A stretch of 64,000 nt of DNA, taken from assembly GCA_963777625.1 (NCBI GenBank), contig CAVZRO010000033.1, positions 46,235 through 110,234 of the forward strand, given 5' to 3'. This document shows, one piece after another, positions 1-9,819 of this stretch. How positions within the stretch are numbered: the stretch's first letter is position 1; the number at the start of each line of letters is the position of its first letter. The translations under genes were made by a program, and so were the position numbers. The notes beneath the pieces were generated by a model that worked only from the letters and a program-made list of their open reading frames with translations, was not told where the DNA came from and searched no databases. The stretch comes from an uncultured Pseudomonadota bacterium. GTDB lineage: Bacteria; Pseudomonadota; Alphaproteobacteria; Acetobacterales; Acetobacteraceae.

Positions 1-366
1 GGCCGACTTGGCGATGCCGCGCATCTCGCGCACCGCGCTGTAGTTCGGGTCAATATGGGCGATGCGGCGGGCGAAACCCTGCGGTACCACCAGCAGCGGC
101 ACTGACTCGGCAAATGCCTGGGCGACGCCGCCATAAGCGTTCTCGGTGCCGGGGCCATGCTGCATGCAGAAGGCCCCGATCTTCTGGCCGGACGAGATGC
201 GGGAGATCGCGTCAGCCATGTGCAGGCCGATCCGCTCCTGGCGGACCATGATCGGGCGGATGTCGGCAGCAGCCGCGAATTCGATCAGGTGATTCACCGG
301 GTAGCCGCAGAGGATCTCGATCCCCTCACGTTTCATGATCTCCGCAATGGCCTCGCCTACCTTCAT
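1..366 (-). CDS. thiamine-pyrophosphate-dependent enzyme (acetolactate-synthase-like), N-terminal part only; gene continues past window edge
   Basis: Own reverse translation from ATG (cat 364-366): MKVGEAIAEIMKREGIEILCGYPVNHLIEF...MQHGPGTENAYGGVAQAFAESVPLLV, typical TPP-enzyme N-terminal pyrimidine-binding domain. Absent from the ORF track because it is open at the edge. Confidence 0.7.
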   Translation of the reverse strand, partial: MKVGEAIAEIMKREGIEILCGYPVNHLIEFAAAADIRPIMVRQERIGLHMADAISRISSGQKIGAFCMQHGPGTENAYGGVAQAFAESVPLLVVPQGFARRIAHIDPNYSAVREMRGIAKSA

Positions 367-715
367 TGTCCCCTCCGCACGCAGAAAACACTGGTCGTGC
401 GACCCTACGGCTCCGCCAGAGGCATGGCAACCGCGCGACATTTGGCCGCCGTTACAAAGAACGGCACATCTGCTCTCGCACAGGACACCAACGGGCCGCT
501 ATGTTGCGTACTTGACCCGTTGCGGAAGGGTGGACCTGGCGCCTTGCTGGGCCGCCTCGCGCGCAACGCAGAGATTGCTTACGCGCAAGTCGAGAGCGAG
601 GTGCTGCGCGAACGGATTGCCGCTCTGGAAAGCCAACTGGCGCGTGCCTCGGTGGCCGCGTAGGGATTATTGCGCGAGTGCCGAGCTCGGCCGTGGCGGC
701 ACGTCGCCTGAACTG

Positions 716-1573
716 TTACGCCAGCCTCGGGTCAGGCACCCGTGCGGCTGCCAGCACGTCCACGGTTGCGACGCCGGCTGCAAACAGCGCGGCGGCGCAG
801 GTATTCGCGGTGGCCCCCGAGGTCATGACATCATCGATCAGCAGCGCCCGACGCCCGGCAAGCTGCGTGGCCCGGCGCGGTCGCGCTTCGATGGCGCCGG
901 TCAGCTCGGCGGCGCGCTCCTCCGCCGATTTGCCGCCCAATGGGGCGGTGCCGCGTACCCGGCGCAGCGCGTCAGGCAGCACCGGCAGGCCCACGCGCGC
1001 GGCGATGAGGCGTGCCAGCAGCGCGGCCTGGTTGTAGCGCCGATGCCGCAGGCGGGCGGGATGGACGGGGACCGGCACCAGCAGGTCGGCGGTCTGAAGC
1101 AGCGTGGCGCCGGCCCGGACCATGTGTGCGGCCAGCACGGCGGCAAGCTCCGTGCGGTCCGCATGCTTGAACGGCAGGATCAGCCGGCGCGCGGCGTCAT
1201 CGTAACGCAGCGCGGCGCGCGCGCAGCCGAACAGCGGCGGCCGTTCGTGGCAGGACGGACATATCCGGTCCAGCCCCGCATGGCCGGCAGCGGCGAACGG
1301 AATGCCGCAGCGTCGGCAGCACGGGTCGCTGATGAAGCTGATGGCACGGAAGCAGTCCGCACATAGCAGCCCGTGCCGATCAACCGGCTGGTCGCAGCTC
1401 ATGCAATGCGGTGGAAGCAGCAGGTTCAGTGCAAAGGCAAGCGGCGCACGACCGCGACCGAGCCAGTCCGGCCATGATTGCCGGAGGCGCGACCGAAGGT
1501 CGGGTATGGCCGCTGTGTGTGCGGTTTTCACCGGTCCTGAGTAGCCGGTTTCAAGCGTGCGCGTCCCCGACAC
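716..1573 (-). CDS. comF: ComF-family phosphoribosyltransferase-like protein
   Basis: C-terminal PRTase motif LLIDDVMTSGATANTCA and N-terminal Cys pairs (CMSCDQ..CADC, CRRCG..CPSC). Start uncertain: 1573 overlaps the upstream stop by 23 nt, and an internal GTG is possible. Confidence 0.8.
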   Translation of the reverse strand: MSGTRTLETGYSGPVKTAHTAAIPDLRSRLRQSWPDWLGRGRAPLAFALNLLLPPHCMSCDQPVDRHGLLCADCFRAISFISDPCCRRCGIPFAAAGHAGLDRICPSCHERPPLFGCARAALRYDDAARRLILPFKHADRTELAAVLAAHMVRAGATLLQTADLLVPVPVHPARLRHRRYNQAALLARLIAARVGLPVLPDALRRVRGTAPLGGKSAEERAAELTGAIEARPRRATQLAGRRALLIDDVMTSGATANTCAAALFAAGVATVDVLAAARVPDPRLA

Positions 1574-3146
1574 CGAAATGCACCGTTCCGTCGCGGGCGA
1601 TCTCGTTCACCAGATCGATCTCCCAGGTGAGATAGGCGCGCATGGCTTCCTCGATGCCCGAATTGCGGTCGTAGGCACGGAGATTGACATCGACACAGGC
1701 CTCGTCAGGCGGGGTAGTGCGGTCCTTCACCAGCGGCCGTCCGAAGGCGTGCCATGCACCGGTGCCCCCTTCCAGAGCGAGCACGTCGCCGCGCGTGACG
1801 CCGCGCAGCTCCGCGACCGAGAGGCGCGCCAGCATGCCGTCCTGGGATGTGGCCACCACGTGGCGGGCCCCCCCGAGAACCGGCGCCAGCGCGTCCAGGC
1901 GGCTGCGAATGCCCCAATGCGCGCCCGGAATATGTCCGTCGCGGTATTCGAGGCTGCGGGCAACATCAACCACCACGGTGTGATCGCCGGAGTCGAGAAG
2001 CTCGGTGAGGTGGGGGACGTCGATGGTGGGGACGGCGGCGGCGAACTCCGCGATCGGAGCAAGTGCAACGCCGGAGCCGCGCACTTCTTCCAGGCCGCCC
2101 TCCACGACGAACACGTCGCGGTGCCCCATCTGGCGCAGCCAGGCAGCGGCCATGCGGGCGCGCACGCCGGTATCGTCCAGCAGCACGATCCGCGCGTTGC
2201 GGACGGCGATCCATTGGTCGGTGGCCTGCACGAGCTGTCCGCCCGGAGCGTTGCGGCTGCCGGGGCGATGGCCAGTGCGGAATTCGGCGGGATCGCGGAC
2301 ATCCAGCAAGTAAATGGTGCGGGCGTGATCTTCCTCGAAGCGGGCCAGATCGAGCGCACCGATCACGCCTACGCCGGAGGATTCGGCGAAGGAGCTAGCG
2401 CGTTGCAGGGCGAGCGCGGCGGTGCGCGGCGTCCCGGGCGAGAAGGACTCAGTTCGGCCGCGGTCGCAGTGCAGGCCGGCGAGTTCCCATCCCATGGTGC
2501 CGTTGCGCAGGGCGACGACGTTGTTCGGGATGCCGGCGCGGCGCAGGCTTTCGGCGCCGAGAATGCTGCGCGTGCGACCGGCGCAGTTGACCACCACGAG
2601 CGTCTTCGGGTCCGGGGCAAGATCGCCGATGCGATAGACCAGTTCGCCGCCGGGCACGCTAACACCCGAAGGGATCGACATGCGCACGAATTCCTCGTGC
2701 GTCCGGCTGTCGAGCACCACCATATCGCGCCCGGAATCGAGCCAGGATTTCAACTGCGGCGGGTCAACGCTGTCAGTACCGTAATGATGCTCGACCCATT
2801 CGCCGAACGCCTTGGAGGGTACGTTGATGCCACTGAACAGCACATTGCCGGCGGCAGCCCAGGCGTGGGTGCCACCGTCGAGCACCGCAACATCGGTGCA
2901 GCCGTCGGCCTCCAGCCAAGCGGCAAGGCGTTCCGCCAGGCCGCTTCCATCATCCATGCAAACGATCCGAACGGTGATCCGCGGCAGCAATGCGCGAGCG
3001 CGGATTTCACGCCGAGAGAGTGGACAGGGAACCGCCCAGAACGGGTGAGCGGTGCCGAACTCGCCCTCTTCCCGTGCGTCGAGCAACGCGATCTCCTGGC
3101 CGTCCATCAGGGAGTTGCGCAGGGTGGCGGCATCGATCCGCTTCAT
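1551..3146 (-). CDS. multi-rhodanese-domain sulfurtransferase
   Basis: 531-aa ORF with repeated rhodanese-like segments (LLDAREEGEF, VLDSRTHEEF, LLDVRDPAEF, VVDVARSLEY) and CxGxxR-type loops (NCAGRTRS). GGGAGG about 10 nt upstream of ATG 3146. Confidence 0.85.
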   Translation of the reverse strand: MKRIDAATLRNSLMDGQEIALLDAREEGEFGTAHPFWAVPCPLSRREIRARALLPRITVRIVCMDDGSGLAERLAAWLEADGCTDVAVLDGGTHAWAAAGNVLFSGINVPSKAFGEWVEHHYGTDSVDPPQLKSWLDSGRDMVVLDSRTHEEFVRMSIPSGVSVPGGELVYRIGDLAPDPKTLVVVNCAGRTRSILGAESLRRAGIPNNVVALRNGTMGWELAGLHCDRGRTESFSPGTPRTAALALQRASSFAESSGVGVIGALDLARFEEDHARTIYLLDVRDPAEFRTGHRPGSRNAPGGQLVQATDQWIAVRNARIVLLDDTGVRARMAAAWLRQMGHRDVFVVEGGLEEVRGSGVALAPIAEFAAAVPTIDVPHLTELLDSGDHTVVVDVARSLEYRDGHIPGAHWGIRSRLDALAPVLGGARHVVATSQDGMLARLSVAELRGVTRGDVLALEGGTGAWHAFGRPLVKDRTTPPDEACVDVNLRAYDRNSGIEEAMRAYLTWEIDLVNEIARDGTVHFGVGDAHA

Positions 3147-3497
3147 CGACTTAGGACCTCCCGGCCGGAAAACAGCCGGTACTCTACACCCAACCTATCT
3201 CTGCCGCTTACGGAATATGTCCTTGCGAACAGCGCAGCGGCCGGGACTGGCGCGCGAGAGACTTTCGGCCGCTCCGCTTCATGCACCGAGTTCCCTCGCA
3301 GCGGGGGGCGCAGCGGGGGGGCGGTGAGGTCAGGCGTCTTAAACTCGATCAAGTGATCACCAGGATTGTACCAGAATTCCACTATCGGCGAGAATCTGCC
3401 GGGACGCCACAATGTCGGGGCCGTGGTTCGCTGAAATTCGTGAACGCTGCGTTTCCGCCGGCATCATACAATGATCTGTTAATTCATTCGGCGTCCA

Positions 3498-4796
3498 ATG
3501 CCCTGCATGGACGCCAAAACGCGCCCGCTCGGCTGGAGCCTGCTGGTTGCTGGCATAATCACCGGATCCAGCACGGTGCAGGCCCAGGACCTATCGTCCT
3601 ATTTTCCGCAAGGTGTCCCAGGCTATGACGTGCCTGGCCCGAAGGTTCTGGCGCGTCCGCGGCCGTTATATGACCCGAGCGGGGTGCGCGCCGGGGACTT
3701 CCTGCTGTATCCGCGCCTCGACCTGGGTGTTGGTTACGACAGCAATGTTTTTGGCGGCAACCCGGCGCAAGGGAGTTGGCTGCTCGGCACTCATGGATCA
3801 GTGCTGGCCACCTCCGACTGGTCGCGCGACAGCCTTGGCGCGTACGTCGGCATCGATAATCACCGCGCGCTCAATCTTCCGAGCCAAAGCCGCACCGACT
3901 GGACGGGTTCAGTCGGGGGAACGCTCGATGTGGGGCGGGATCGGCTGACGCTGGCAGCGGCCCATTTGTCGCTGCACCAGGACCGCACGTCGATCGACGC
4001 GCTGCCGACGGACCAGCCGGTTGCTTACCAGGTGAACGATTTCCGGACCAACTTCGTGCATACGTTCGATCGGTTGTCGGTGACGCCGAGCCTGGAGGCT
4101 TCCAGCTACCGGTTCGGATCCGCGACCATCCTTGGCGTGCCGACCCCGCAGAGCGACCGCGATCGCAACGTGCTGCAGGGTGGCTTTGCCGCAAGCTACG
4201 AAGTTGCGCCCGAGCGGGCGGTGATGGTCGTGGTACGCGGGTTGGGGTCGATCTACACCGCGCCGCAGCCGGGCGCGCCGACACGCAATTCCAACGGGGT
4301 GGTTGCGCTCAGCGGGATCAATTACGGCAACGCCAATTGGGGGTTGCGGCTGCTGGGCGGCTGGGAGCAGCGCAATTTCCAGGCGCCGCAATACCAATCG
4401 CATGGCGCAGCCGTGGCAGAGATGGATGCGAACTGGTCGCCTTCGGGGCTGACCACCATCACCGGCACGCTGACGCGCAGCATCGAGGACGCAGCGCAGG
4501 AAGGTGTCGCCGGATACACGTACACCAGCGCGCGGCTGGAGATCGATCACGAGTATCTGCGGAACGTGCTGCTGCACGGCGGTGCCGGCGTGCAGCGCGC
4601 TGACTTCCTGCAAGGCGGCGGTGCGCAGACATCGTATTCGGTCGCCGCCGGTGTGACGTGGCTGATGAATCGGCGGATGCGGATTTCAGCCACCGAGGCG
4701 TTCACGGACCTGCGCAGCACGCAGGGTCAGCCTGCCTCCTTGGGCGGAAGTTACGTCCGCACCGTTACATTATTGACATTAGGATTGGGATTGTGA
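3498..4796 (+). CDS. outer-membrane beta-barrel protein (EPS-locus-associated type)
   Basis: N-terminal signal-like segment (WSLLVAGIITGSSTVQAQ). Alternating beta-strand-like sequence with Tyr/Gly-rich turns, ending in an aromatic-poor barrel tail. Stop overlaps the next gene's ATG by 1 nt. Confidence 0.65.
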   Translation: MPCMDAKTRPLGWSLLVAGIITGSSTVQAQDLSSYFPQGVPGYDVPGPKVLARPRPLYDPSGVRAGDFLLYPRLDLGVGYDSNVFGGNPAQGSWLLGTHGSVLATSDWSRDSLGAYVGIDNHRALNLPSQSRTDWTGSVGGTLDVGRDRLTLAAAHLSLHQDRTSIDALPTDQPVAYQVNDFRTNFVHTFDRLSVTPSLEASSYRFGSATILGVPTPQSDRDRNVLQGGFAASYEVAPERAVMVVVRGLGSIYTAPQPGAPTRNSNGVVALSGINYGNANWGLRLLGGWEQRNFQAPQYQSHGAAVAEMDANWSPSGLTTITGTLTRSIEDAAQEGVAGYTYTSARLEIDHEYLRNVLLHGGAGVQRADFLQGGGAQTSYSVAAGVTWLMNRRMRISATEAFTDLRSTQGQPASLGGSYVRTVTLLTLGLGL

Positions 4797-5548
4797 TGCA
4801 AACGGTGCCGTTACTGGGACTGAGGTTCGCCGATTTTGCGCCCGAGGAGGCGGTGGAATGGGCGCTGGCGCGTCCGCCAGGGGCGCCGTTCGAGTATGTG
4901 GTTACGCCGAATGCCGACCATCTGGTGCGGCTGGCTCGCGAGCCGGCGCTGAAGTCGATCTATCAGCAGGCGGTACTGCGGCTGCTCGACTCGCGGGTGG
5001 TCGCGCGTGCCGCCCGTGCCTTTGGCCTGGCTGCACCACGGGTGGTGACAGGAAGCGATCTGACCAAGCTGCTGATCCGAAAGCTGCCGGCAAACGAGAG
5101 CGTCACCATCGTCGGGCTGCGCCCGGCCTGGGAAAGCCGGCTGCGGCAGCAGACCGGGCTGGCCACGGTCTGGCATCATGATCCGCCGAAAGGGTTCGAG
5201 CACGATGCCGCCGCGCTGGCCGAGGCGGTTCGGTTCGTGATCGATCATCCGTCGCGGTTCATACTGCTAGCGGTCGGATCGCCGCGGCAGGAGAGGCTGG
5301 CAGCCGCGATTGCCGCAAGCGGACAGGCGACAGGATTGGGCCTGTGCGTCGGCGCCAGCCTGGAGTTCCTGGCGGGCGTCGTTCCAAGAGCTCCACAATG
5401 GGTGCAGACGGCGGGACTGGAGTGGCTGCACCGCCTGCTGCGCGATCCGCGGCGACTGGCATCGCGCTACCTGCTGCGCGACCCGGCAATTTTTCCACTG
5501 CTGTTGCGGGAGCGGGCCGGGCAGACAGGAAGCATGGCGTTGCGATAG
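4796..5548 (+). CDS. WecB/TagA/CpsF-family glycosyltransferase
   Basis: MQTVPLLGLRFADFAPEEAVEW...YVVTPNADHLV...FILLAVGSPRQE...LEWLHRLLRDPRRL are family hallmarks. ATG 4796 overlaps the upstream TGA; the track ORF (4658) carries an in-frame upstream extension. Confidence 0.8.
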   Translation: MQTVPLLGLRFADFAPEEAVEWALARPPGAPFEYVVTPNADHLVRLAREPALKSIYQQAVLRLLDSRVVARAARAFGLAAPRVVTGSDLTKLLIRKLPANESVTIVGLRPAWESRLRQQTGLATVWHHDPPKGFEHDAAALAEAVRFVIDHPSRFILLAVGSPRQERLAAAIAASGQATGLGLCVGASLEFLAGVVPRAPQWVQTAGLEWLHRLLRDPRRLASRYLLRDPAIFPLLLRERAGQTGSMALR

Positions 5549-5587
5549 CGCTTGCCGTGGATGGTTCGACCTCAACCTGAGTGCGGC

Positions 5588-6487
5588 TCAGCGATCGACC
5601 GCGCCGCCGCCACCCTCCATCGGCAGGCTGGGGTCGAGCGCCCATTCCGACATGGACGCATCGTACAGCCGGACATTGTCGTGGCCGAGCATCACCAATG
5701 CCAGCGCATCGGCGCTCGCGGCGATGCCGCCACCGCAGTAGACGAGGACCTCGCGGTCCAATGCCCCGGCGGCGGTGAATTTCGTCCGCAATTCGGCCGG
5801 CGTCCGCATTGCGTTGGTAGCAGGATCAACCAGATGCGCCGCCGGCACATTCACGCTGCCGGCGATATGGCCCGGTCGTCCGAAACTGATCCCACCCGTG
5901 CCGGCATGCTGTTCCGGCATCAGGGCGTTAATGGTGCAAACCGATGTATTGCCGATCGCGGTCTTCATTATGTGCTTGTCTACCATCAGCGGGCGCTGCT
6001 CGCGCACCGCGAAGCGCGCGGCTACCGGTGCCGGCGCCGAGCCGGTCTCCACCGGACAATTCTCGCGCTGCCACTTCTGAAATCCCCCGTCCAGTACCGC
6101 CGCATTGTCGAAGCCGAAAACACGCAGCATCCACCACACCCGCGTTGCCCACCACAGCGTGGTGGCGCTGTAGAGAATCACCCGGCTGTGTTCGCCAACG
6201 CCCAAGCGTCCCATCGCCGCGGCGAAATGCTCGGCCGATGGCAGCATGAAGCGATAGGGTTGACTCCGGTCTGACAGATCGTTGTGCAGATCGGCGAACT
6301 GCGCGCCGGGAATATGGGCTTTTTCAAAACCCTCACGCCCGGGTACGACCTGATAGGTGATTTTCGGATCCGGGATCAGGTGCACGCTGCAATCGAGCAC
6401 CCGCAGATCAGGATCACCAAGATGCGCTTCCAGCCAGCCGGTCTGCACGAGATACTGCGGATGCACGAAGCCCTCGGTATCTGTCAT
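5588..6487 (-). CDS. two-domain rhodanese sulfurtransferase (3-mercaptopyruvate/thiosulfate type)
   Basis: 299 aa. Active-site loop VYCGGGIAAS in the C-terminal rhodanese domain. GGAGG upstream of ATG 6487. Confidence 0.85.
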   Translation of the reverse strand: MTDTEGFVHPQYLVQTGWLEAHLGDPDLRVLDCSVHLIPDPKITYQVVPGREGFEKAHIPGAQFADLHNDLSDRSQPYRFMLPSAEHFAAAMGRLGVGEHSRVILYSATTLWWATRVWWMLRVFGFDNAAVLDGGFQKWQRENCPVETGSAPAPVAARFAVREQRPLMVDKHIMKTAIGNTSVCTINALMPEQHAGTGGISFGRPGHIAGSVNVPAAHLVDPATNAMRTPAELRTKFTAAGALDREVLVYCGGGIAASADALALVMLGHDNVRLYDASMSEWALDPSLPMEGGGGAVDR

Positions 6488-6521
6488 GATGTCCTCCGTT
6501 AACGGTCAGGAAAGCTGAACG

Positions 6522-7157
6522 ATGCGTCTGGTGATCTTTGGTGGTGGCGGCCGGATCGGCCAGCGCGTGGTGCAGGAGGCGCTGTCGCGCGGCCATGAGG
6601 TCACCGCGGTGCTGCATGCGTCGCCGCGGCTGGAGATGGAGCATCCGGGCCTGCGTTGCGTCACCGCGGACGTGACCAGCGCCGATGCGGTGGCGGACGC
6701 GGCGACGGGGCACGATGCCGCCGTCAGCGCGGTCGGTCCTGGCCGTGGCGGCGATGTCGGCGTGATCGTCGCGGCGGCCGGAGCCCTCGTGGCCGGGCTG
6801 GGGGTCTCCGGACCGAAGCGCCTGATCGTCGTGGGCGGCGCCGGAACGCTGGAGATACGTCCGGGCGTGCAGCGGCTGGATACGCCTGAGTTTCCCGACG
6901 CCTATCGCCCGTCCGGTTATGCCCAGCGCGAGGCGCTGGCGTTGTACCGCGCCAGCGACCTCGACTGGTCCTACCTGAGCCCGCCCATGGTCATCGAGCC
7001 CGGAGAGCGCACTGGCCGCTACCGCGTCGGAGGTGACCAGGTGGTGCTCGACGCGCGTGGACGCAGCCGGATTTCCATGGAGGATTATGCGGTCGCGCTG
7101 CTCGATGAGCTGGAACGCCCGCGCCACATCCGCGCCCGCTTCACGGTTGCCGACTGA
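6522..7157 (+). CDS. NAD(P)H-binding (NmrA/atypical SDR-like) oxidoreductase
   Basis: N-terminal Rossmann motif MRLVIFGGGGRIGQRVV; 211 aa, a typical size. Confidence 0.75.
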   Translation: MRLVIFGGGGRIGQRVVQEALSRGHEVTAVLHASPRLEMEHPGLRCVTADVTSADAVADAATGHDAAVSAVGPGRGGDVGVIVAAAGALVAGLGVSGPKRLIVVGGAGTLEIRPGVQRLDTPEFPDAYRPSGYAQREALALYRASDLDWSYLSPPMVIEPGERTGRYRVGGDQVVLDARGRSRISMEDYAVALLDELERPRHIRARFTVAD

Positions 7158-7165
7158 AACGGCGA

Positions 7166-8987
7166 TCACGCTGCCTCCAATCTGGGGATCGCCTGCAACA
7201 ATCGCTGCGTGTAGGGATGAACTGGCGCGGTGAAGACCTGCTCGGGCGTGCCTTGCTCCACGACTTCTCCGCCATGCATCACCGCTACGACATCCGCGAT
7301 GTGGCGCACGACCGCAAGGTCGTGCGAGATGAACAAGTACGAGGTACCGAAGCGCGCCTGCAGCTCCGCCAGTTCATTCAGGATTGCGGCCTGCACGGAA
7401 ATATCGAGCGCCGATGTTGGCTCGTCGCAGATCACCAGCCGCGGCGCGGCGGCAAAGGCGCGGGCAATGCAGACCCTCTGCTTCTCGCCACCCGACAGCT
7501 CACGCGGAAAGCGTCCGGCATGGCGGGCGCTCAGCTTCACCGCATCGAGCAGCTCCGCAACACGGCGTTGCAGCGCAGCCCCGCGCAACTGGGCGTAAAG
7601 CTGCAACGGCCGGCCGACGATCTCGGCGGCGGTATGGTGCGGATTGAGCGAGGAATCCGGATTCTGGAAGATATACTGGATCGCCTGCTGCTCGGCACGG
7701 CTGCGTCGTTCGACGGCAGCCGCCAGTTGCCGCCCGTCCAGCCTGATCTGCCCCTTGCCCGGCGCCAGCAGTCCGGCAACACAGCGCGCCAGCGTGGATT
7801 TGCCCGACCCGCTCTCGCCGACGATGGCCAGCGTGCCTCCCGCCGCCACTGTCAGTGTGACGCCGTTGACCGCGCGCACCGGTGGAGTTCCCGCCAGCAA
7901 TCCCATCAGGCCGCCGCTGCGGAACCAGCGCGTCAAGCCAGCGATTGCCAGCCTCGGGGCCTGGTTTTCGGCATGCCGCATGTCAGGACGCACCCGAGTG
8001 GCGACAATTGAAGGCTGGCGTGGCAGGCTTGGCAGGTAACAGGCAATAACGCGGCCGGAACCGGTGTCCCGCAGCGCCGGCGCGGTGGCGCACACGGCGC
8101 TGGCCCAGCCGCAGCGGGGGCGAAAGATGCAGTCCGACGGCACCTGGCGCAAATCCGGCAGGCTGCCCGGAATCGCGCGCAGGACGTGCTGTCGCGTATC
8201 CGCCTGCGGCGTCGCTGCAAGCAATCCGCTGGTATAGGGATGGCGCGGCGCATTTAGCACGTCGCGTGCCGGCCCCTGCTCCACCAGCTGACCGGCATAC
8301 AGAACGCCAACCTGATCGCAGACATTCGCAACGACCGCGAGATTATGGCTGATGAACAGTACCGGCGGCGCCGATGCTGCGGCGCAGCTCGCAAATCAGC
8401 TCCAGGATCACCGCCTCCGTGGTCACGTCGAGCCCGGTGGTGGGCTCGTCCATGATCAGCAGCTCGGGCTGGCAGGCGATCGCCATCGCAATCACGACAC
8501 GTTGCTGCTGGCCGCCGGAGAGCTGGTGCGGATAGCGTTGCACCAACGTGGCGGGATCCGGCAGGTGCACTTGCCGGAACAGGGCGATTGTGCGCTGCCG
8601 GGCAGCGGCGTGTGTCATGCCGCGGTGGCGGCGCAGCACTTCGGCCACCTGCTCGCCGGCGCGCAGCACCGGATTGAGCGCACTCATCGGGTCCTGATAG
8701 ACCATCGCCACCTGGCGACCGCGCAGTTGCGCAAGCTCGCGCATGGGCAGCCCGAGCACGTCGCGCCCGCACAGCGCGACATGCCGCGCCGTGGCCCGCG
8801 CCGTGGGCAGATGACGCATGATCGCGTAGGCCACGGTACTCTTGCCGGAACCGGATTCACCGATCAGCCCATACGCTTCGCCCGGGGCGATCCTCAGCGA
8901 GAGATCACGCACGGCGTGGAGCGGCGACGCGGTATCGGCATTGTAGGTGACCGACAGCTCGGAAATGTCGAGAACCGGCGCCTTCAT
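7166..8987 (-). pseudogene. fused double-NBD peptide ABC transporter ATPase (GsiA/DppDF-like), interrupted by a 1-nt frameshift near 8363
   Basis: The N-terminal NBD ([43 protein letters not shown]) runs in the frame of ORF 8343-9083 and stops as ..[11 protein letters not shown]. Dropping one base gives ..[49 protein letters not shown], which continues into ORF 7166-8284 (second NBD). ATG 8987 overlaps the upstream TGA. Confidence 0.8.
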
Positions 8988-9817
8988 CAGCCTGGCCGCC
9001 CACCGCCGGGGAGCGCCACGGCACGCCGCAGCCGCTCGCCGGCAAGCAGGGTGCCCATGGCGGTCAGCGCCACGGCGAGGCACGGAAAGATCACCAGCCA
9101 GGGCGCGATTTCCAGGAATTGCTGGCCGTCATGCACCATCAATCCCCAGGCCGGCGTCGGCGGAGCAACCCCGATGCCGAGATAGGCAAGCGAGGCGGAC
9201 AGCAGCACGCCATAGGTAATGCGCAGGCTGAAATCGACCACGATGATCATGCGCACATTCGGCAGCAGCTCGCGCCACAAGATGTACGGCCTGGATTCGC
9301 CGCGCGACCGGGCCGCGTCGATGAACTCCCGCCGCGCCAGCTCCATCACCGCGCTGCGCACGAGCCGCGCCGAGCGGGGCCAGAACACCACGGCCAGAGC
9401 CAGCACGACATTGACCGGGTCGGAGCCCAGCATCACCACCACCAACATCGCCAGGATCAGCGCCGGGAAGGACATCAGCGCATCCATCAGCCGCATCAGC
9501 ACTTCGTCCGTGGTGCCTGCTGCATAGCCGGCGATCAGGCCGGTGAGCGCACCCAGAATCACGCCGGCACCCGCACTGGCCAGTGCAAGCAACAAGGTCG
9601 GACGCGCCCCGCACAGCACCCGGCTGAACACGTCGCGGCCGAACTCGTCGGTGCCGAACAGGAACGTGCCGTCCGGCGGCTCCAGCGCATGCGCGGCATC
9701 GAATGCCGTGGGTGAGAACGGCGCCAGCATCGGCCCCAGGATGAGCAGGATCAGAAGAGCGGCGATAAAGCCGATCGCCGCAATGTCGCCTGCCGACAGG
9801 CGAGGGCGCGCCGTCAC
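8987..9817 (-). CDS. peptide/opine/nickel-family ABC permease (DppC-like)
   Basis: Membrane protein with a FGTDEFGRDVFSRV N-terminal motif. GTG 9817 (or TTG 9823) lies next to the upstream stop at 9820; the rest of track ORF 8987-10561 is out-of-frame overlap. Confidence 0.8.
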   Translation of the reverse strand: MTARPRLSAGDIAAIGFIAALLILLILGPMLAPFSPTAFDAAHALEPPDGTFLFGTDEFGRDVFSRVLCGARPTLLLALASAGAGVILGALTGLIAGYAAGTTDEVLMRLMDALMSFPALILAMLVVVMLGSDPVNVVLALAVVFWPRSARLVRSAVMELARREFIDAARSRGESRPYILWRELLPNVRMIIVVDFSLRITYGVLLSASLAYLGIGVAPPTPAWGLMVHDGQQFLEIAPWLVIFPCLAVALTAMGTLLAGERLRRAVALPGGGRPG

Positions 9818-9819
9818 AC

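Noticed and set aside
517-663. Short coiled-coil-like ORF tail (..LLGRLARNAEIAYAQVESEVLRERIAALESQLARASVAA*) between the TPP-enzyme gene and comF.
   Set aside because: Only a TTG start is available, there is no clear RBS, codon bias is moderate, and I cannot name a family. It may be a small protein, but the evidence is insufficient to call it.
1557-3356. 599-aa plus-strand ORF opposite the rhodanese gene. Similar long antisense ORFs include 20264-21910, 23971-25479, 28261-29370, 29679-30725, 40953-42215, 42240-43508, 43715-44935 and 58001-59290.
   Set aside because: These are shadow ORFs typical of GC-rich DNA. Their translations are Arg/Ala/Gly/Pro-rich low-complexity sequence with no motifs, while the opposite strand encodes clearly recognisable proteins.
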